In this document: one piece after another, positions 18,702 to 29,706 of the stretch | Layout: every line of letters begins with the position of its first letter | Numbering within the stretch: position 1 is the stretch's first letter | Virus record (IMG/VR): IMGVR_UViG_3300025141_012665 | Span: 10,647-74,646 of that record | DNA from: a virus | Length of the DNA: 64,000 nucleotides | Strand: one strand, 5' to 3' | Program-made: the position numbers and the translations under genes | Notes under the pieces: generated by a model | Told to the model about the DNA's origin: nothing | Databases searched by the model: none | What the model saw: the letters and a program-made list of their open reading frames with translations, nothing else

Positions 18702-20497
18702 TATTTAACAGTTCCCTGTATATCTACTTTAGGATATTTTATTTCGAAAGCAACATTATCTGGACAAGAAAGATATCTGCCGTCCGTTGACATAAAATTA
18801 TCAATACTTAAGCCTGTTTGGGCGTATTTGCCCCCACTCTTATTGACTATCTTCGCGCTTAGAGCGTCAGCAACTCCCGGTACCCTATTCAATATTTTAT
18901 AAACTTCTGTTAGATAAAATCGTTCACCAAGGTACATCTCCCTTGCTAAGTCCGTTCTAAGCCTTTCTGTGCATGCAGACAAAACATCATATTTGTTGAC
19001 GGAGACATCAGACAGCACTGTAAACTCTATCCCTATATTAACAACCTTAGCATCTAAAATATCTATCGTATCGTTAACCATCCTATATCTATTTAGCCAT
19101 TCTTTTAAGTTTTGTTTGAGGGCGGAATTCGCAGTTGCCAATCGGCCGGTGGTGTTCTCTGCGAGAACATACATATTTAAATTCCTCTTCAAGGAATCTT
19201 GATCTCTTACCACACGGCATCGCTTTAAGGCGCCGAGTGAGGCCGGCATCGCATAGGCCAACGCCTCGTAGTCAGAAGCCGTAACTGCCCTGTTTTGAGT
19301 TGGGAAGAAATTCAATGTTTCTCTCCTGATATCTTCCAAAGTTGGAGTAGAAACAGAGCCGTTAATCGGCTCCTCATTAGAGCATTCCAGAGAACCAATA
19401 ACATCTCTGGCGGTTGGGGTATTTTGTAAAGAAGGATCGTTGAATTCAACAATGGCGTTCGACACTAAATTTACGGCGCTAACGGCCGCATTTGAATCAA
19501 TGCCGGCATTTCTACGATAAAAAACTCTTAGCGTGGTGTTGGCCGGCCCAACTCCGAGCTTGTCTGTGCCCATCAGGTCAGATGGGTCAAACGCTGAGTC
19601 TGTTACATAACTCTTAGCATGGCGCTTTAATATCACTGTTGATGGTTCGGCTACAGTGGGAGAAGAGATTTCTGAATCTGATCCTTGGCCAAATTGCAGC
19701 CATGTTGCGCCTCCGCCGCGTTCAACCGTAAACCTTCTTGGTACAGAAAATGGTCTGAGCAAAGAAGGGGCGTTGTCTCTGGTGTTCGCATCCCTGTTCG
19801 GCACAGACTTATACACTACATCGTGTGTTAAGTATTCTACTTCAAAATACTCATTGCCGTCAGCATCTAGTACCTGTAATATCTCTGCTACATGGGAGAC
19901 ATTAATAGGAACTTTTCTGAACTTTTCAAAGTTTCCTATGGTAATATCTTCTATACCAAAAATCCCAGAAACAACAGGCCCCTTTGCTTTGACTGCGTAT
20001 TGGGTGGGAAGACCAGTAGTAGGATCGGTTCGGGAAGCTACAACATAGTTTCCGGGATTATCAAATCTAACATCTTCTGTGAGAATGTAGGTTGAGGCGC
20101 CGGCGCCTGAAACTGTTGAATTCTTTTTAAGAATGGGAAAATATCGGCTGTCGGGGCCTAGGCCAGAGGTGTTTGCGGGTATTAGCGCATAAAATGTGAC
20201 CTCGCCAACAGTTGTGGCGGCGCCTTGATATTTATATCCATGCTCCTTTGCGATTCGAATTATGTTGTCTCGTTCGGTTGCGCTATCAAGAAATGACTCA
20301 TTGGCTTGATAGTCTACATAGAAAGATAACATGTCCCCAACATAAGCAACAGTGTCCAGCATCAAAGAACCGAAAGAAGCTTCGCTAAAATCCTTAAATG
20401 TATCTGGGTAATATCTTTTTGCGTAGTCTACGAGATCGTTTCTTATGGTCTCGAAATCTCTACTCGTGTATTTAACTGGTACCTTTCTTCTGGCCAT
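18701..20497 (-). CDS. Baseplate wedge subunit, T4 gp6-like / baseplate J family
   Basis: YTSRDFETIRNDL...DFSEASFGSLMLDTVAYVGDMLSFY...ESFLDSA...GYK and QNRAVTASDYE motifs; adjacent to a gp25-like gene. Confidence 0.9.
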   Translation of the reverse strand: MARRKVPVKYTSRDFETIRNDLVDYAKRYYPDTFKDFSEASFGSLMLDTVAYVGDMLSFYVDYQANESFLDSATERDNIIRIAKEHGYKYQGAATTVGEVTFYALIPANTSGLGPDSRYFPILKKNSTVSGAGASTYILTEDVRFDNPGNYVVASRTDPTTGLPTQYAVKAKGPVVSGIFGIEDITIGNFEKFRKVPINVSHVAEILQVLDADGNEYFEVEYLTHDVVYKSVPNRDANTRDNAPSLLRPFSVPRRFTVERGGGATWLQFGQGSDSEISSPTVAEPSTVILKRHAKSYVTDSAFDPSDLMGTDKLGVGPANTTLRVFYRRNAGIDSNAAVSAVNLVSNAIVEFNDPSLQNTPTARDVIGSLECSNEEPINGSVSTPTLEDIRRETLNFFPTQNRAVTASDYEALAYAMPASLGALKRCRVVRDQDSLKRNLNMYVLAENTTGRLATANSALKQNLKEWLNRYRMVNDTIDILDAKVVNIGIEFTVLSDVSVNKYDVLSACTERLRTDLAREMYLGERFYLTEVYKILNRVPGVADALSAKIVNKSGGKYAQTGLSIDNFMSTDGRYLSCPDNVAFEIKYPKVDIQGTVK

Positions 20498-20516
20498 ATG
20501 ATCTCTCCATCTTTAG

Positions 20517-20524
20517 TAAATAGT
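20517..20524 (-). promoter_or_regulatory. Candidate phage late promoter ACTATTTA
   Basis: + strand TAAATAGT in a 46-bp gap, 20 nt upstream of the gp6-like ATG (RBS GGAG). Confidence 0.5.
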
Positions 20525-20543
20525 ATTTGACATTTATTATTTC

Positions 20544-20921
20544 TTATACAGAAATGGGAAATATAAATTCATCCACAACCTTTATCGATGGTATGGAATA
20601 CTTGATTCTCAAATTGATCATGTTGTCGTCTCCGAATTCTAATACCTGCAAATCTTGAAGAGATATATATGGAAGATATTTGCTCACCTGTGTTCGCACG
20701 GAAGACAATATCAAGACATTAGTTGAGGGGTTAAGAGGTTCGAACAAGTATGATCGAATCCCAACCCCGAAACTTGGCGCCATGACCCTTTCTCCTGGCG
20801 AAGTTAAAATGATCATCTTTAAGTTCTGGCGCGCAACATCTGATAATTTATCATGTAATGCATAAGCACCATCTCTCGTGCTGATCGCCAACGGCAATAC
20901 TATAGATAATCCTCCTGCCAT
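20544..20921 (-). CDS. Baseplate wedge protein, T4 gp25/gpW family
   Basis: QNLKMIILTSPGERVMAPSFGVGIRSYLFE signature; 125 aa. Confidence 0.92.
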   Translation of the reverse strand: MAGGLSIVLPLAISTRDGAYALHDKLSDVARQNLKMIILTSPGERVMAPSFGVGIRSYLFEPLNPSTNVLILSSVRTQVSKYLPYISLQDLQVLEFGDDNMINLRIKYSIPSIKVVDEFIFPISV

Positions 20922-20933
20922 TTTCTTGTCTCC

Positions 20934-23900
20934 TTATTTACAGTTGTCGCCGTCCATGTTAAACGGACTATTTTTGATTCTCTTTCCTCTTTGCCACCAA
21001 CGCAAGCCGTCTTCGAAATTAAGTTTTGGTTTAAGCAATTCAGCAAACGACAGGGCTGCGGCCTTGGATGAGGTCTCAGAACTATATTCCGCTTGGGTTG
21101 TCTCGTACAGAGCATTAAGTGCGTTCTTGGCCGCCTCTCTTGAGTTGCTGAAAACCTGTTCATCAGCCCTCTCCCAGCCACTAAAGCTGCTCCAAAAGTT
21201 GCCTCCTCTATTTTCCCACATATCGCCGCCCTGATCAGGCCAGCCTTCATTACCTAGCGAATCGTAAAAACCTTGCATACAATAAATAGTTAACAAAGAC
21301 AAAAATCTATGGAACGGAAAAACATACCTAAACAACGATTTATACTCTGCGCTCTTTATCAATTCCGGAATTAGACAATATACATCATATGATTCTGGAT
21401 CGAAAGAGGAAAATTCCTGATCTGGTATTTCTAATTCTGCGGACGCGATGGGGATCAAGAACCTAGATCCTTCAGGACTAGCTAATTCATATGCCTTTTC
21501 TCTCATCCTCGCCTCTTTATCTATCGTTGAAATTATTGGCCGGAATGTATTGCTCTCATCTGCTTCTGGTAAATAACACAAACGCAACCCAAATCTCCAA
21601 GCCGGCATGGGGAGGTCGTGTTCGTGATCGTCGGACTCTTTTACTTTCCAATTTATTATCCTATGTACATGACAATCAAGGCCGTCTTTATCCTCACATA
21701 CCCTAAAAGCAAATCCATTTCCTTTCTCGTCTACCTCATATTCGTGGGTGTGCCCGCTATCGAGTGTCGTCTCCCCAGTTATAGGAGTTTTTCCAAAAAA
21801 TTCAGATATCTTCCCGGTGACTCCCTGAGATTTTATTCTCTGAACATATGTCTTCCAGTCTGACATGTTAACTATATCATAAAGATTTTCTGACCTATTA
21901 GCTACTTCGGCGGGGACAGACTCCTGATCAATTATTCGAACATATTTCTCCAAGACGAATGGCCACTCACTCATACCACCATAAGCAGTTTCAAAACTAG
22001 AGGCCAAGTCTGTTAATCCTGATGATTGTAACTCTGAAATTGCTTCGGAAACAGAAGTGTGTTGGCCGGATGGTATATTATATTTATTAGCTTTTGTCGG
22101 ATCAGATGTTACATCAAGTGGCCCATCTCCATTCACGGCGCCGCGGATCCAGGCAGGGCTCAACAAGAAAAGATGATCTATATTCTTTATAGGTGGATAC
22201 AGTTTCGAATTGAACATGTTGCCAACAATAGGTATTTCCTCTCTAACCATTCTTTTTACAAATACCAACGCGGAGTCTATTGTCTCATCTATCATTAGCT
22301 CAAAGGCATACTCCTTCGCCTTCTCTGCTGCTCCTTTAGAGAAATCTGACGATCCTGCGCCTATTCCGCCAAATTTTGCGGTAGCCGTGTTATCGAACAT
22401 GTTCGCCATAAAAGATTGATGTTTTATTGCCGAGAAAGAAAGAGCCGCTAGATCACCATCATTTTTCTCATAAAATTCGGCAATTTTTGTTTTTATTGTG
22501 TTATATGCTCTTTTCTCTTCGGAATTAAAATCCTTTTCAGGATCTAAAATTTTAGAATCAACCTTTTTAGATACAACATTAAATGCCTGCTCAATGAATC
22601 TGTAGTAATAATCATCATCATTTGTCTTATCGTTCCACCATAACCATTTAGAAACCCCATCGGGCTCTAATCCCCTCTTTATTCTCTCAACAATAAACTC
22701 AACAATTCCAGACTCAATATTGTCTTTGTTAAACTCAAATTGAGAAATTATAGGAACTGCTCTCATAAATGCTTCTGTGATATAAACTCTAGTGGCTGCG
22801 CGTAGAACGCTATCAATATTTGCTATTGTAGAATTTTCAAATATTTTATCATATGGCGCCTCTTGCGTACACAACGGATCCTGTGAAAATCTCTCGTCTT
22901 GTTCCAGTTTCGATGTTAGCTGAGAAGCTTTTTGCTCAAGGTCGCCGAGAGTAAAGAGAGGGCCACGCGCAGGGTCACACCCATCTGGACTAGGGACAAA
23001 TGCTTCTGCAATCTCTTTCCAGCCGGTATATTTAGGAGGTGCGACATAAAAAGGAGGAGGTACCAGATCCGGGAAGAGCCTTCCTAGTGGGCCGCCGTAT
23101 GTTTCATTGTCAAGGAATATAATTTCTGGCCCGTCTTGATTGTATCCATATGAAAAACCTGTTGCAATGTTAGCCATAACAGGATCACTAGGGACATCAT
23201 CAGATACAATATTTGAAACATCCGGCTCTAAAAAGCCGGCTTCATCTGCGTCAGAATCGTCAATATCTATATTGGGGTTTGCAAATGAGCGCCCTGTTGA
23301 TATCCTATTTGCGAGTCTCCTAAAAAATCCAGAAGTGATATCATCAAACTTTTTGCCGGATCCGGAAGTAGAAAAATATGCCCTGACGGAATCAGCAGCC
23401 AGAGCGGCAGATGTCTCGCTCTTATTACTGGAAGCGTCGATTATTGATTTAGAAATCATACGATAGAAAACTTCAGCTTGCCACGAATCATTAACATGAT
23501 TGCTCATTGGAAGTTCATTGATGTATCGTCTTGTGTCTTTGTCTAAGTTCGCCTCCACTTTAAAGCTGTAGTCCGTCCAAGAATAAGCTTTTCCTGTAAT
23601 GATTGGTTCTGAGAATTGTCCTTCTGCATATTCATCTTCTTCTGGCGGGCTGGCCGTTGTGACCTTAATCCGAATAGTGTAGTCATTTCTTTTGCCGATA
23701 AACCCATCTTTGTCGGGGAGATTGTAATCATAAGCAAGATTAAAACTAAATGTAGGTTCGCCCTCATCGTTGGTGTCGTGCGACGAATAGCTCAAAGATA
23801 AATCCGGAGTCATAATGTCGGGCACATCTATTAGCTTCCAGTCGTCGGCAGGGTAGTGGTCTACAAAAATTTTCCCCTCTGTGCCTGCTAGTTCTTGTGA

Positions 23901-26900
23901 GGAATCAGACCAACCGGTTGGTTTTACTTGTTGGACTGAGTATACCGCGGAGTGGCCCATTCCAAGAAATTCGGTGCCGCAACAATCTATTTCGCCACCA
24001 GTTAATAAGATTTCAAGCCAATATACAGATGCCGGGACTTCATAGTCTTCCACTTCTTCCCAATTGTGTCGAATGCCTTTTTCAAAAACCCTTGCAGAGT
24101 AGCAAGCTTTCCGTAGCATTCCGGCAAGTTCCGCGGAATCAGATGTAGCATTGACGCTATCTATTCCGTGCTCCTTAATAAACGCTGAAACATATTTTTG
24201 TCTTGCTTCTATTCTTTCGGCGTTTATGGCTTCTTTCTCTTCGACATCGGCCTTGGCTTCGGCCAAAGAAGAATATCCAGAGGGTATAATCGCGGTTTTA
24301 AGCTCAGGATTCATTGATCTAAATTTCTTGGCCATCCATGCTCCGACTGTCGGAGGAAAACCTCCTTGCGCGCCGGCGCCCAAATTTATGATCCAGCTCT
24401 GGGTGCCTGCATCTTGCCCAGATAATGTATTCCCAAATTGATCGACAGAGCCGCCGCCATCTGGATTTTTGATAGAGTCATCACAGTTCCACCCAAAAAT
24501 TCCCATTTGGCGAGCAAGGGGTGCTCCAAACCATCTAACCTTGGTGTTGTGTGATGTCCAACGCCGGCCTTCAGTATCAGCCAAGATATTGTTAAGAACT
24601 CCATCTGAATCCATTAAATCTTTGATTACCCCTGTTTCTATAGGGGAAAGCAATAATGCGGAAACTGAAGAATTCGCTTGGCCATCGACTGGGCCCGGGT
24701 TGTTGGGATAAAAACCATCGACTGGGCATTCTGCGGAAGATTGGATGGGAGGGAAGTCAGCAAGGGGTCCGTTCTCCATAAGGTTAATGAGATCCTGCAA
24801 GTCTTGAATCGACTTATCTTTTAATTTATCAAGCTCTTCTCGGCACTCTTTCTTGCTGAGTCCCTTCTTGGACAGAAGGCCACATTTTATATCCTCTATC
24901 CTAGCATATGTTCCAGGGGGACACGGGGAAACTGGAAGATCCGGAATATATCTCTCGAAGGCGTTGGCGGGGACAAATATATTGAGAGATCTGAAGAATT
25001 GCGCAATTGCAGCAGGATCTGAAAAGAGATCACGGATGCACTCGGAGGTGGAAATTCTGGCCGTTTCCGTCGCCAAAGCAAGAGTTTCAGGGGTTGCATT
25101 TCCTTGTAATAGCTGCATAACTTGTTCTTGGGTCAGCATCAAAGATATGTCGTCTATATATTCTCCCATCTCTCCATTTGAAAGCGAAGCCAGACAATCA
25201 GAGTCTGGCCCTCCTAGTGCGCCAAAGAAATTTTTCAAAGACGCGTTGAGTTGATCGGCAGAGGCGTCTGGACATAGATTTTCTAACAACAGGTTTCTAA
25301 AATGATCGCTGCCGTCATATAGGTCAGCTAAGTTTGCCCCAAGCATTTTAAGGGCATCGCATGCGGCGGTTAACAAGGAATTTATAAGGCCCCTAAGCAT
25401 TGCAACAACAATGGCTACAACTGCTTTTTTCATGGCTATTTTGACGGCGTTCCAAAGCTGCTTGTGCAGATTGAAGTCACTGAGTCTCCATCTGTCCGCC
25501 AAGTGCGGCATGGTGATATCAAACACTTTGCCTCCAGCGATTTGACACATATCAAATTCAAGCGTATTCAAGAAACTATCAAGCTGTGGATCGAAAGTCC
25601 ATGGAGGTGGCAACTTACAAGGAATAGTTTTGAAAAATTGCCCAATTATTCCACCACCAGGCGCTTTTGATATCATTCCAAAGAGAACATCGACACCGAC
25701 AGCATCCAAAAGAAGGTTCCTGTATGCATCAAAAACCTCTTTTTGAACATCGCCCATGGCTTCTCCATAGGTCCCTCCGGCGCCGGCTGAACCCTCTCCG
25801 AAAGAGAAGTCGTCCGTCTCAGGTGAATAAGCTATTCCCCAGAACTTTTCATCTCCCTCTAGGGCACTGGCTGGATCTGCCGGTGAGTACTTTAGATCAT
25901 ATAGTGCGTCTTCATATTCTTTTTCTAGAATCTTCAGGGCGGCGACTTTGTATTCATCCGACATCTCTTGGGCTTCGAGGTCAGCTTTTTTGGCCTCATA
26001 GTCTGTATGTATGGTTACTTGAGATGTTGTATATTCGGCCGCGGCCTCCTCTGCGCTGGCTTCCTGTGCAGCATCTGCCTCTTCTCCTGCTCCAGTTTCG
26101 CCAGCCATGATGGCCTCATATGCTTCACTGGTCGTCATACCGGGTGAATTATAAGATCCTATCTGGTAAGCCATTGTATCCCATGGCGGAGGGAGATTTG
26201 CATACTTTTCATCGGACAGGGCCTGAATTCGATCTTTATCTTCTTGTGGTAGGCCGGCGATAACACCCTGCAAAACATAATCATTGGCCTCTAGGAGCCA
26301 CGCTTCAACGGTAGCCTTCATAAAAGACTCCTGATCCATTCCCTGCATAAGGCAGTCGAGAGCCTTCATTATTAAGGCAATCCAGCCACAATAGCCCAAT
26401 CTAGACATCAAAGTATCCCAGATGGTGCCCATGGTTTCATCATCTGACTTCTTTTTCTTTAGGATCGATTCCAGATATATGAACACTGAGTCTAAATAAG
26501 GATCTCCTTTTCCTATCTCAGATTTGGCGTCTTCCCATGTTTTGGATAGATCTTCGTCCAATTGGTCTCCGAGTTTAAAATCTTTTTCCTCCATCTGTTC
26601 CTGCGTTAAACACAAGTTTTCTGCTAGCCCACCGAGTATTGCGTCAGGCAAGGCTGAAAGTTCAGCCCCCAGTGCCTCCATCATGGCTCCGATAACGCCT
26701 TCTTCGTCAAGAAGAGAATCTGCTAAACAAGCGCCAAGCGATGGATCGTTAAATAAATTTAAGTTATCTGAATCATAGGACACCTGCAACATTGGATATG
26801 TATACTTTAATACAAATTCTAGCCATGGGACGGGCTCACCAGCAGTCAGATCCTTGTCCATATCCGGGAGGGAGCCAACATAGTAAAGACTACGAGATGC

Positions 26901-28223
26901 CTTGAATGGACTCTTGCCGATCAATTTACGGAAAAACCCCTTGCCCTCTTCATCTTCGTTGCTGAATATTATCTCTGGACATCCTGGCTTATTGAAGATC
27001 ATCTGTTTTAATCTTATTTTCGGATTTGTAACTGTGGTCGGATCTTCTGTTGGTTCAAATTTAAAAGTTATCTTCTCCAGATCTGTCATCGACAACCCGG
27101 TTGCTTCATCAATTATTTCCATAACATTGTCGCGGAAGTGCAGCAGCATCTCGGCTTCGAACTCAAGATCTAATATGGCAGACTTGTTTCCGTCAATTGT
27201 TTTAAGCATCCCCCCTTCCAGATTTCTCCACTTTTCTAGCTGTTTTTGATATAACCTAAATCCGCCGGCGTAAAGGTATAAACCCAAAAATGAGTCTCCG
27301 GCGGCTCTCTTGAACATGGGCTCAAAATCTTCTCCAGTAAAAGTAACCTCATAATCAGTTTCAAATGGAGTATCCGGATCCGTAACGAGCTTTGCCGGCA
27401 CCCTTGACCACGCTTCGGCGTCGATACATACAGCAATCTTTGTTCGGCCCTTAATCTGGATTGGTACCGTATATCTGATCTCTGTATAATCAAGCAACTC
27501 CTCAACTACATCTCTCTGTTCTGCTCTCAAAACATAGCCTGGTACCGGATCCGGAATGGCGATTGCGGCTCCTATGCCGACAATGGCGCCGATTGTTGCT
27601 CCAATGACTGCGCCAACGGGAGTGGCGGCGGATCCTATCGCCGCACCGGTGGCAGCGCCGGCGCCGGCGGCACTGAGTATGAGATTCGCTTCGGTTTCGG
27701 TATCTGTTTTATACCCTTCTTCTTCATAATAGTACACCACAGCAACATCAGACTTGCCATGGTATTCTAGAAGATTTCTTATTCCTATCCTCTTAATGTC
27801 TTCCTGTTTTTTAGTTGGGTTCTTTAATTCAGAAATTTTTGGGCCGCCGCGGTTCGGCGGGGCAACTTCTAACATATAACAATATGTACAAGTCTTTCCG
27901 TCAAAATAAGTATTACCAGGAGTCATGAGAGTATAATCTGGAACATAAGCGTTTGGATTTGGACGACAAACTGGACATTCCACAGGCTCTGCGCCATTAA
28001 TTGATATCGGATCACACTCTAAAAATCTAAATGCCTCAACCTGAGAATCGAGATCTCCGGTGGCGCCAGAAATAGACTTGGCCTTTGGGGGGCCTGAAGC
28101 TTTAGGTAGCTTGTCTTTTCTTTTCTTTCTTTTTGCTGCGCCGGGTCCGGCTGAAAAAGCTCTCTGATCTTGAGCGAAGGAATCTAAGCTGGTCTTGTTC
28201 TGTATATTTTTTATTTTAGGCAT
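20934..28223 (-). CDS. Very large acidic hypothetical protein (2429 aa), probable virion component
   Basis: Intact ORF between the spike-like gene and gp25. Contains a glycine-zipper hydrophobic segment, many Cys and an HxH cluster near the C-terminus. Confidence 0.7.
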   Translation of the reverse strand: MPKIKNIQNKTSLDSFAQDQRAFSAGPGAAKRKKRKDKLPKASGPPKAKSISGATGDLDSQVEAFRFLECDPISINGAEPVECPVCRPNPNAYVPDYTLMTPGNTYFDGKTCTYCYMLEVAPPNRGGPKISELKNPTKKQEDIKRIGIRNLLEYHGKSDVAVVYYYEEEGYKTDTETEANLILSAAGAGAATGAAIGSAATPVGAVIGATIGAIVGIGAAIAIPDPVPGYVLRAEQRDVVEELLDYTEIRYTVPIQIKGRTKIAVCIDAEAWSRVPAKLVTDPDTPFETDYEVTFTGEDFEPMFKRAAGDSFLGLYLYAGGFRLYQKQLEKWRNLEGGMLKTIDGNKSAILDLEFEAEMLLHFRDNVMEIIDEATGLSMTDLEKITFKFEPTEDPTTVTNPKIRLKQMIFNKPGCPEIIFSNEDEEGKGFFRKLIGKSPFKASRSLYYVGSLPDMDKDLTAGEPVPWLEFVLKYTYPMLQVSYDSDNLNLFNDPSLGACLADSLLDEEGVIGAMMEALGAELSALPDAILGGLAENLCLTQEQMEEKDFKLGDQLDEDLSKTWEDAKSEIGKGDPYLDSVFIYLESILKKKKSDDETMGTIWDTLMSRLGYCGWIALIMKALDCLMQGMDQESFMKATVEAWLLEANDYVLQGVIAGLPQEDKDRIQALSDEKYANLPPPWDTMAYQIGSYNSPGMTTSEAYEAIMAGETGAGEEADAAQEASAEEAAAEYTTSQVTIHTDYEAKKADLEAQEMSDEYKVAALKILEKEYEDALYDLKYSPADPASALEGDEKFWGIAYSPETDDFSFGEGSAGAGGTYGEAMGDVQKEVFDAYRNLLLDAVGVDVLFGMISKAPGGGIIGQFFKTIPCKLPPPWTFDPQLDSFLNTLEFDMCQIAGGKVFDITMPHLADRWRLSDFNLHKQLWNAVKIAMKKAVVAIVVAMLRGLINSLLTAACDALKMLGANLADLYDGSDHFRNLLLENLCPDASADQLNASLKNFFGALGGPDSDCLASLSNGEMGEYIDDISLMLTQEQVMQLLQGNATPETLALATETARISTSECIRDLFSDPAAIAQFFRSLNIFVPANAFERYIPDLPVSPCPPGTYARIEDIKCGLLSKKGLSKKECREELDKLKDKSIQDLQDLINLMENGPLADFPPIQSSAECPVDGFYPNNPGPVDGQANSSVSALLLSPIETGVIKDLMDSDGVLNNILADTEGRRWTSHNTKVRWFGAPLARQMGIFGWNCDDSIKNPDGGGSVDQFGNTLSGQDAGTQSWIINLGAGAQGGFPPTVGAWMAKKFRSMNPELKTAIIPSGYSSLAEAKADVEEKEAINAERIEARQKYVSAFIKEHGIDSVNATSDSAELAGMLRKACYSARVFEKGIRHNWEEVEDYEVPASVYWLEILLTGGEIDCCGTEFLGMGHSAVYSVQQVKPTGWSDSSQELAGTEGKIFVDHYPADDWKLIDVPDIMTPDLSLSYSSHDTNDEGEPTFSFNLAYDYNLPDKDGFIGKRNDYTIRIKVTTASPPEEDEYAEGQFSEPIITGKAYSWTDYSFKVEANLDKDTRRYINELPMSNHVNDSWQAEVFYRMISKSIIDASSNKSETSAALAADSVRAYFSTSGSGKKFDDITSGFFRRLANRISTGRSFANPNIDIDDSDADEAGFLEPDVSNIVSDDVPSDPVMANIATGFSYGYNQDGPEIIFLDNETYGGPLGRLFPDLVPPPFYVAPPKYTGWKEIAEAFVPSPDGCDPARGPLFTLGDLEQKASQLTSKLEQDERFSQDPLCTQEAPYDKIFENSTIANIDSVLRAATRVYITEAFMRAVPIISQFEFNKDNIESGIVEFIVERIKRGLEPDGVSKWLWWNDKTNDDDYYYRFIEQAFNVVSKKVDSKILDPEKDFNSEEKRAYNTIKTKIAEFYEKNDGDLAALSFSAIKHQSFMANMFDNTATAKFGGIGAGSSDFSKGAAEKAKEYAFELMIDETIDSALVFVKRMVREEIPIVGNMFNSKLYPPIKNIDHLFLLSPAWIRGAVNGDGPLDVTSDPTKANKYNIPSGQHTSVSEAISELQSSGLTDLASSFETAYGGMSEWPFVLEKYVRIIDQESVPAEVANRSENLYDIVNMSDWKTYVQRIKSQGVTGKISEFFGKTPITGETTLDSGHTHEYEVDEKGNGFAFRVCEDKDGLDCHVHRIINWKVKESDDHEHDLPMPAWRFGLRLCYLPEADESNTFRPIISTIDKEARMREKAYELASPEGSRFLIPIASAELEIPDQEFSSFDPESYDVYCLIPELIKSAEYKSLFRYVFPFHRFLSLLTIYCMQGFYDSLGNEGWPDQGGDMWENRGGNFWSSFSGWERADEQVFSNSREAAKNALNALYETTQAEYSSETSSKAAALSFAELLKPKLNFEDGLRWWQRGKRIKNSPFNMDGDNCK

Positions 28224-28225
28224 TT

Positions 28226-29686
28226 CTAATTTGTCCTATTATAACGGCTATTGATATACACAGGGCTGGCGCCTGGCATCAGATAAGTACGATTGATCCA
28301 CCCTAGTCGCTTTTCGTGTATACTTAGTGCGCCGATGACGCCCGTATTTATTAATACACTGTTTGTCTGTACTGCCCCAATGGCGGCCGGATTCAAAGAA
28401 GACACGACGAGGGCGCCCCAATTACCGACACCAAGATATGGATTTGTACAAAGTACAGTGTTGATAGTCGCTTGTCTGAGAGCCAACTCTTTAACTATGT
28501 TATTTAGGGACCCCAAAGAATCAAGTATCTTTGATAGGGACTCTGCAAGATTGTTTCCTTTTGGGATTGGCTGCAAATACATCTGGGTAGGTTCCAATAC
28601 ATCGTCCCCACTCCAGGCGGCCGGGAAGTCTCTATTTCCAGCTATCAAGTCGATGCCATATGTAATGCCGATGTCTCCGTATAGAGATGTTTTTTGTTGT
28701 GGTCCGCCACCTGTAACTATTTTTATACCCTTATTGGCCATGATCCTTACTGAGTCTGCCTTTATTCCTATGGCCGAATCCGTCATGGACCTGCCGACAA
28801 AACCCCTGCATATTCCAAAGTAGTCATCGATGTCTGCTCTCTGTGATATGTAAATTCGAGCCGCGTCACCGGGCATGCCCGTATTCATGCTACCAAAATT
28901 CTTTTCAACCGCCATCTCGTGGTTCGGGCCATGGCCCTGAAGACCAACAACAAGATCTATGGCGCCGGCTCTGGTGTGCCCCTTTCCTCCATATCCCGAA
29001 GTTGGGCTAGCCGATCTATCTCTGCCTACAATGATCCAAGCGTTGTTGGGTGCGCGGCCGCCCTTGGTGTAGTTTAATATTTCTTCACTTGTATACTCTA
29101 GCGGTTTGTTGGGTGTGCCTGTACCCGGAATCTTCCTATTATATGCCGGTACCGATTCCGAAAGAACACCATTGTTCTTTCCTTTTTGTATATGTTCCGC
29201 TCTTTGTAGCGCCTCAAGGAGTTCGGGCGCCGCACCATCAAAAGGGCTTATAGATTTTTTCGTCCAGTTTTTGAAGTCGTTGAGTAACTCTTCCGGCGTT
29301 TCTGATTCAGCATCTTTCTGTTCTGCGTCCCATCCGTCATCTAAATCTTCCTCCTCTCTAACATCTGCGATATCTAGCGGTTCTTCATATCCTGGCGGAG
29401 TTCCATCGGTTGCGTTTGGCGTATCCGGCTCGACTTGATCTTCGCCGGGAATGATGACCATCCCAGCATTGTCGCCGGAGGCTGAAGAACCTCCAGATGC
29501 AGTTGGAGACACATCATCTTTTTCTGCGTTTGGATCGTACTCTCCTGGCCCCCACTTTGTCTGTGTTGCCTTGTCTCCCGTAAGAGCAAGGGACGACTCA
29601 TATAGGCTTCTCGCGGTCTCAATATCGACCTGAAGGGTCTGCGCGAACTCTTTTAGTCCTTTTTCATCATAGTATATATCGCCCAT
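28226..29686 (-). CDS. Putative baseplate hub/spike protein (gp5 C-terminal-like)
   Basis: NNAWIIVGRDR...AIDLVVG...DAARIYISQ...AIGIKADSVRIMANKGIKIVTG beta-repeat-like region, followed by a KGNNLAESL coiled segment. Positioned upstream of gp25/gp6. Function is inferred. Confidence 0.45.
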   Translation of the reverse strand: MGDIYYDEKGLKEFAQTLQVDIETARSLYESSLALTGDKATQTKWGPGEYDPNAEKDDVSPTASGGSSASGDNAGMVIIPGEDQVEPDTPNATDGTPPGYEEPLDIADVREEEDLDDGWDAEQKDAESETPEELLNDFKNWTKKSISPFDGAAPELLEALQRAEHIQKGKNNGVLSESVPAYNRKIPGTGTPNKPLEYTSEEILNYTKGGRAPNNAWIIVGRDRSASPTSGYGGKGHTRAGAIDLVVGLQGHGPNHEMAVEKNFGSMNTGMPGDAARIYISQRADIDDYFGICRGFVGRSMTDSAIGIKADSVRIMANKGIKIVTGGGPQQKTSLYGDIGITYGIDLIAGNRDFPAAWSGDDVLEPTQMYLQPIPKGNNLAESLSKILDSLGSLNNIVKELALRQATINTVLCTNPYLGVGNWGALVVSSLNPAAIGAVQTNSVLINTGVIGALSIHEKRLGWINRTYLMPGASPVYINSRYNRTN

Positions 29687-29706
29687 TTTTTAAACCTTTA
29701 TTGTCC

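Noticed and set aside
20527-20550. Plus-strand TTGACA promoter in the gp6/gp25 gap
   Set aside because: No -10 box at 16-18 bp spacing and no plus-strand gene downstream.
18701-20921. Type VI secretion system or eCIS/tailocin locus
   Set aside because: No Tss membrane complex, ClpV or Afp15 ATPase. The gp55-like sigma, PhoH and Cas4-like nuclease context favours a phage.
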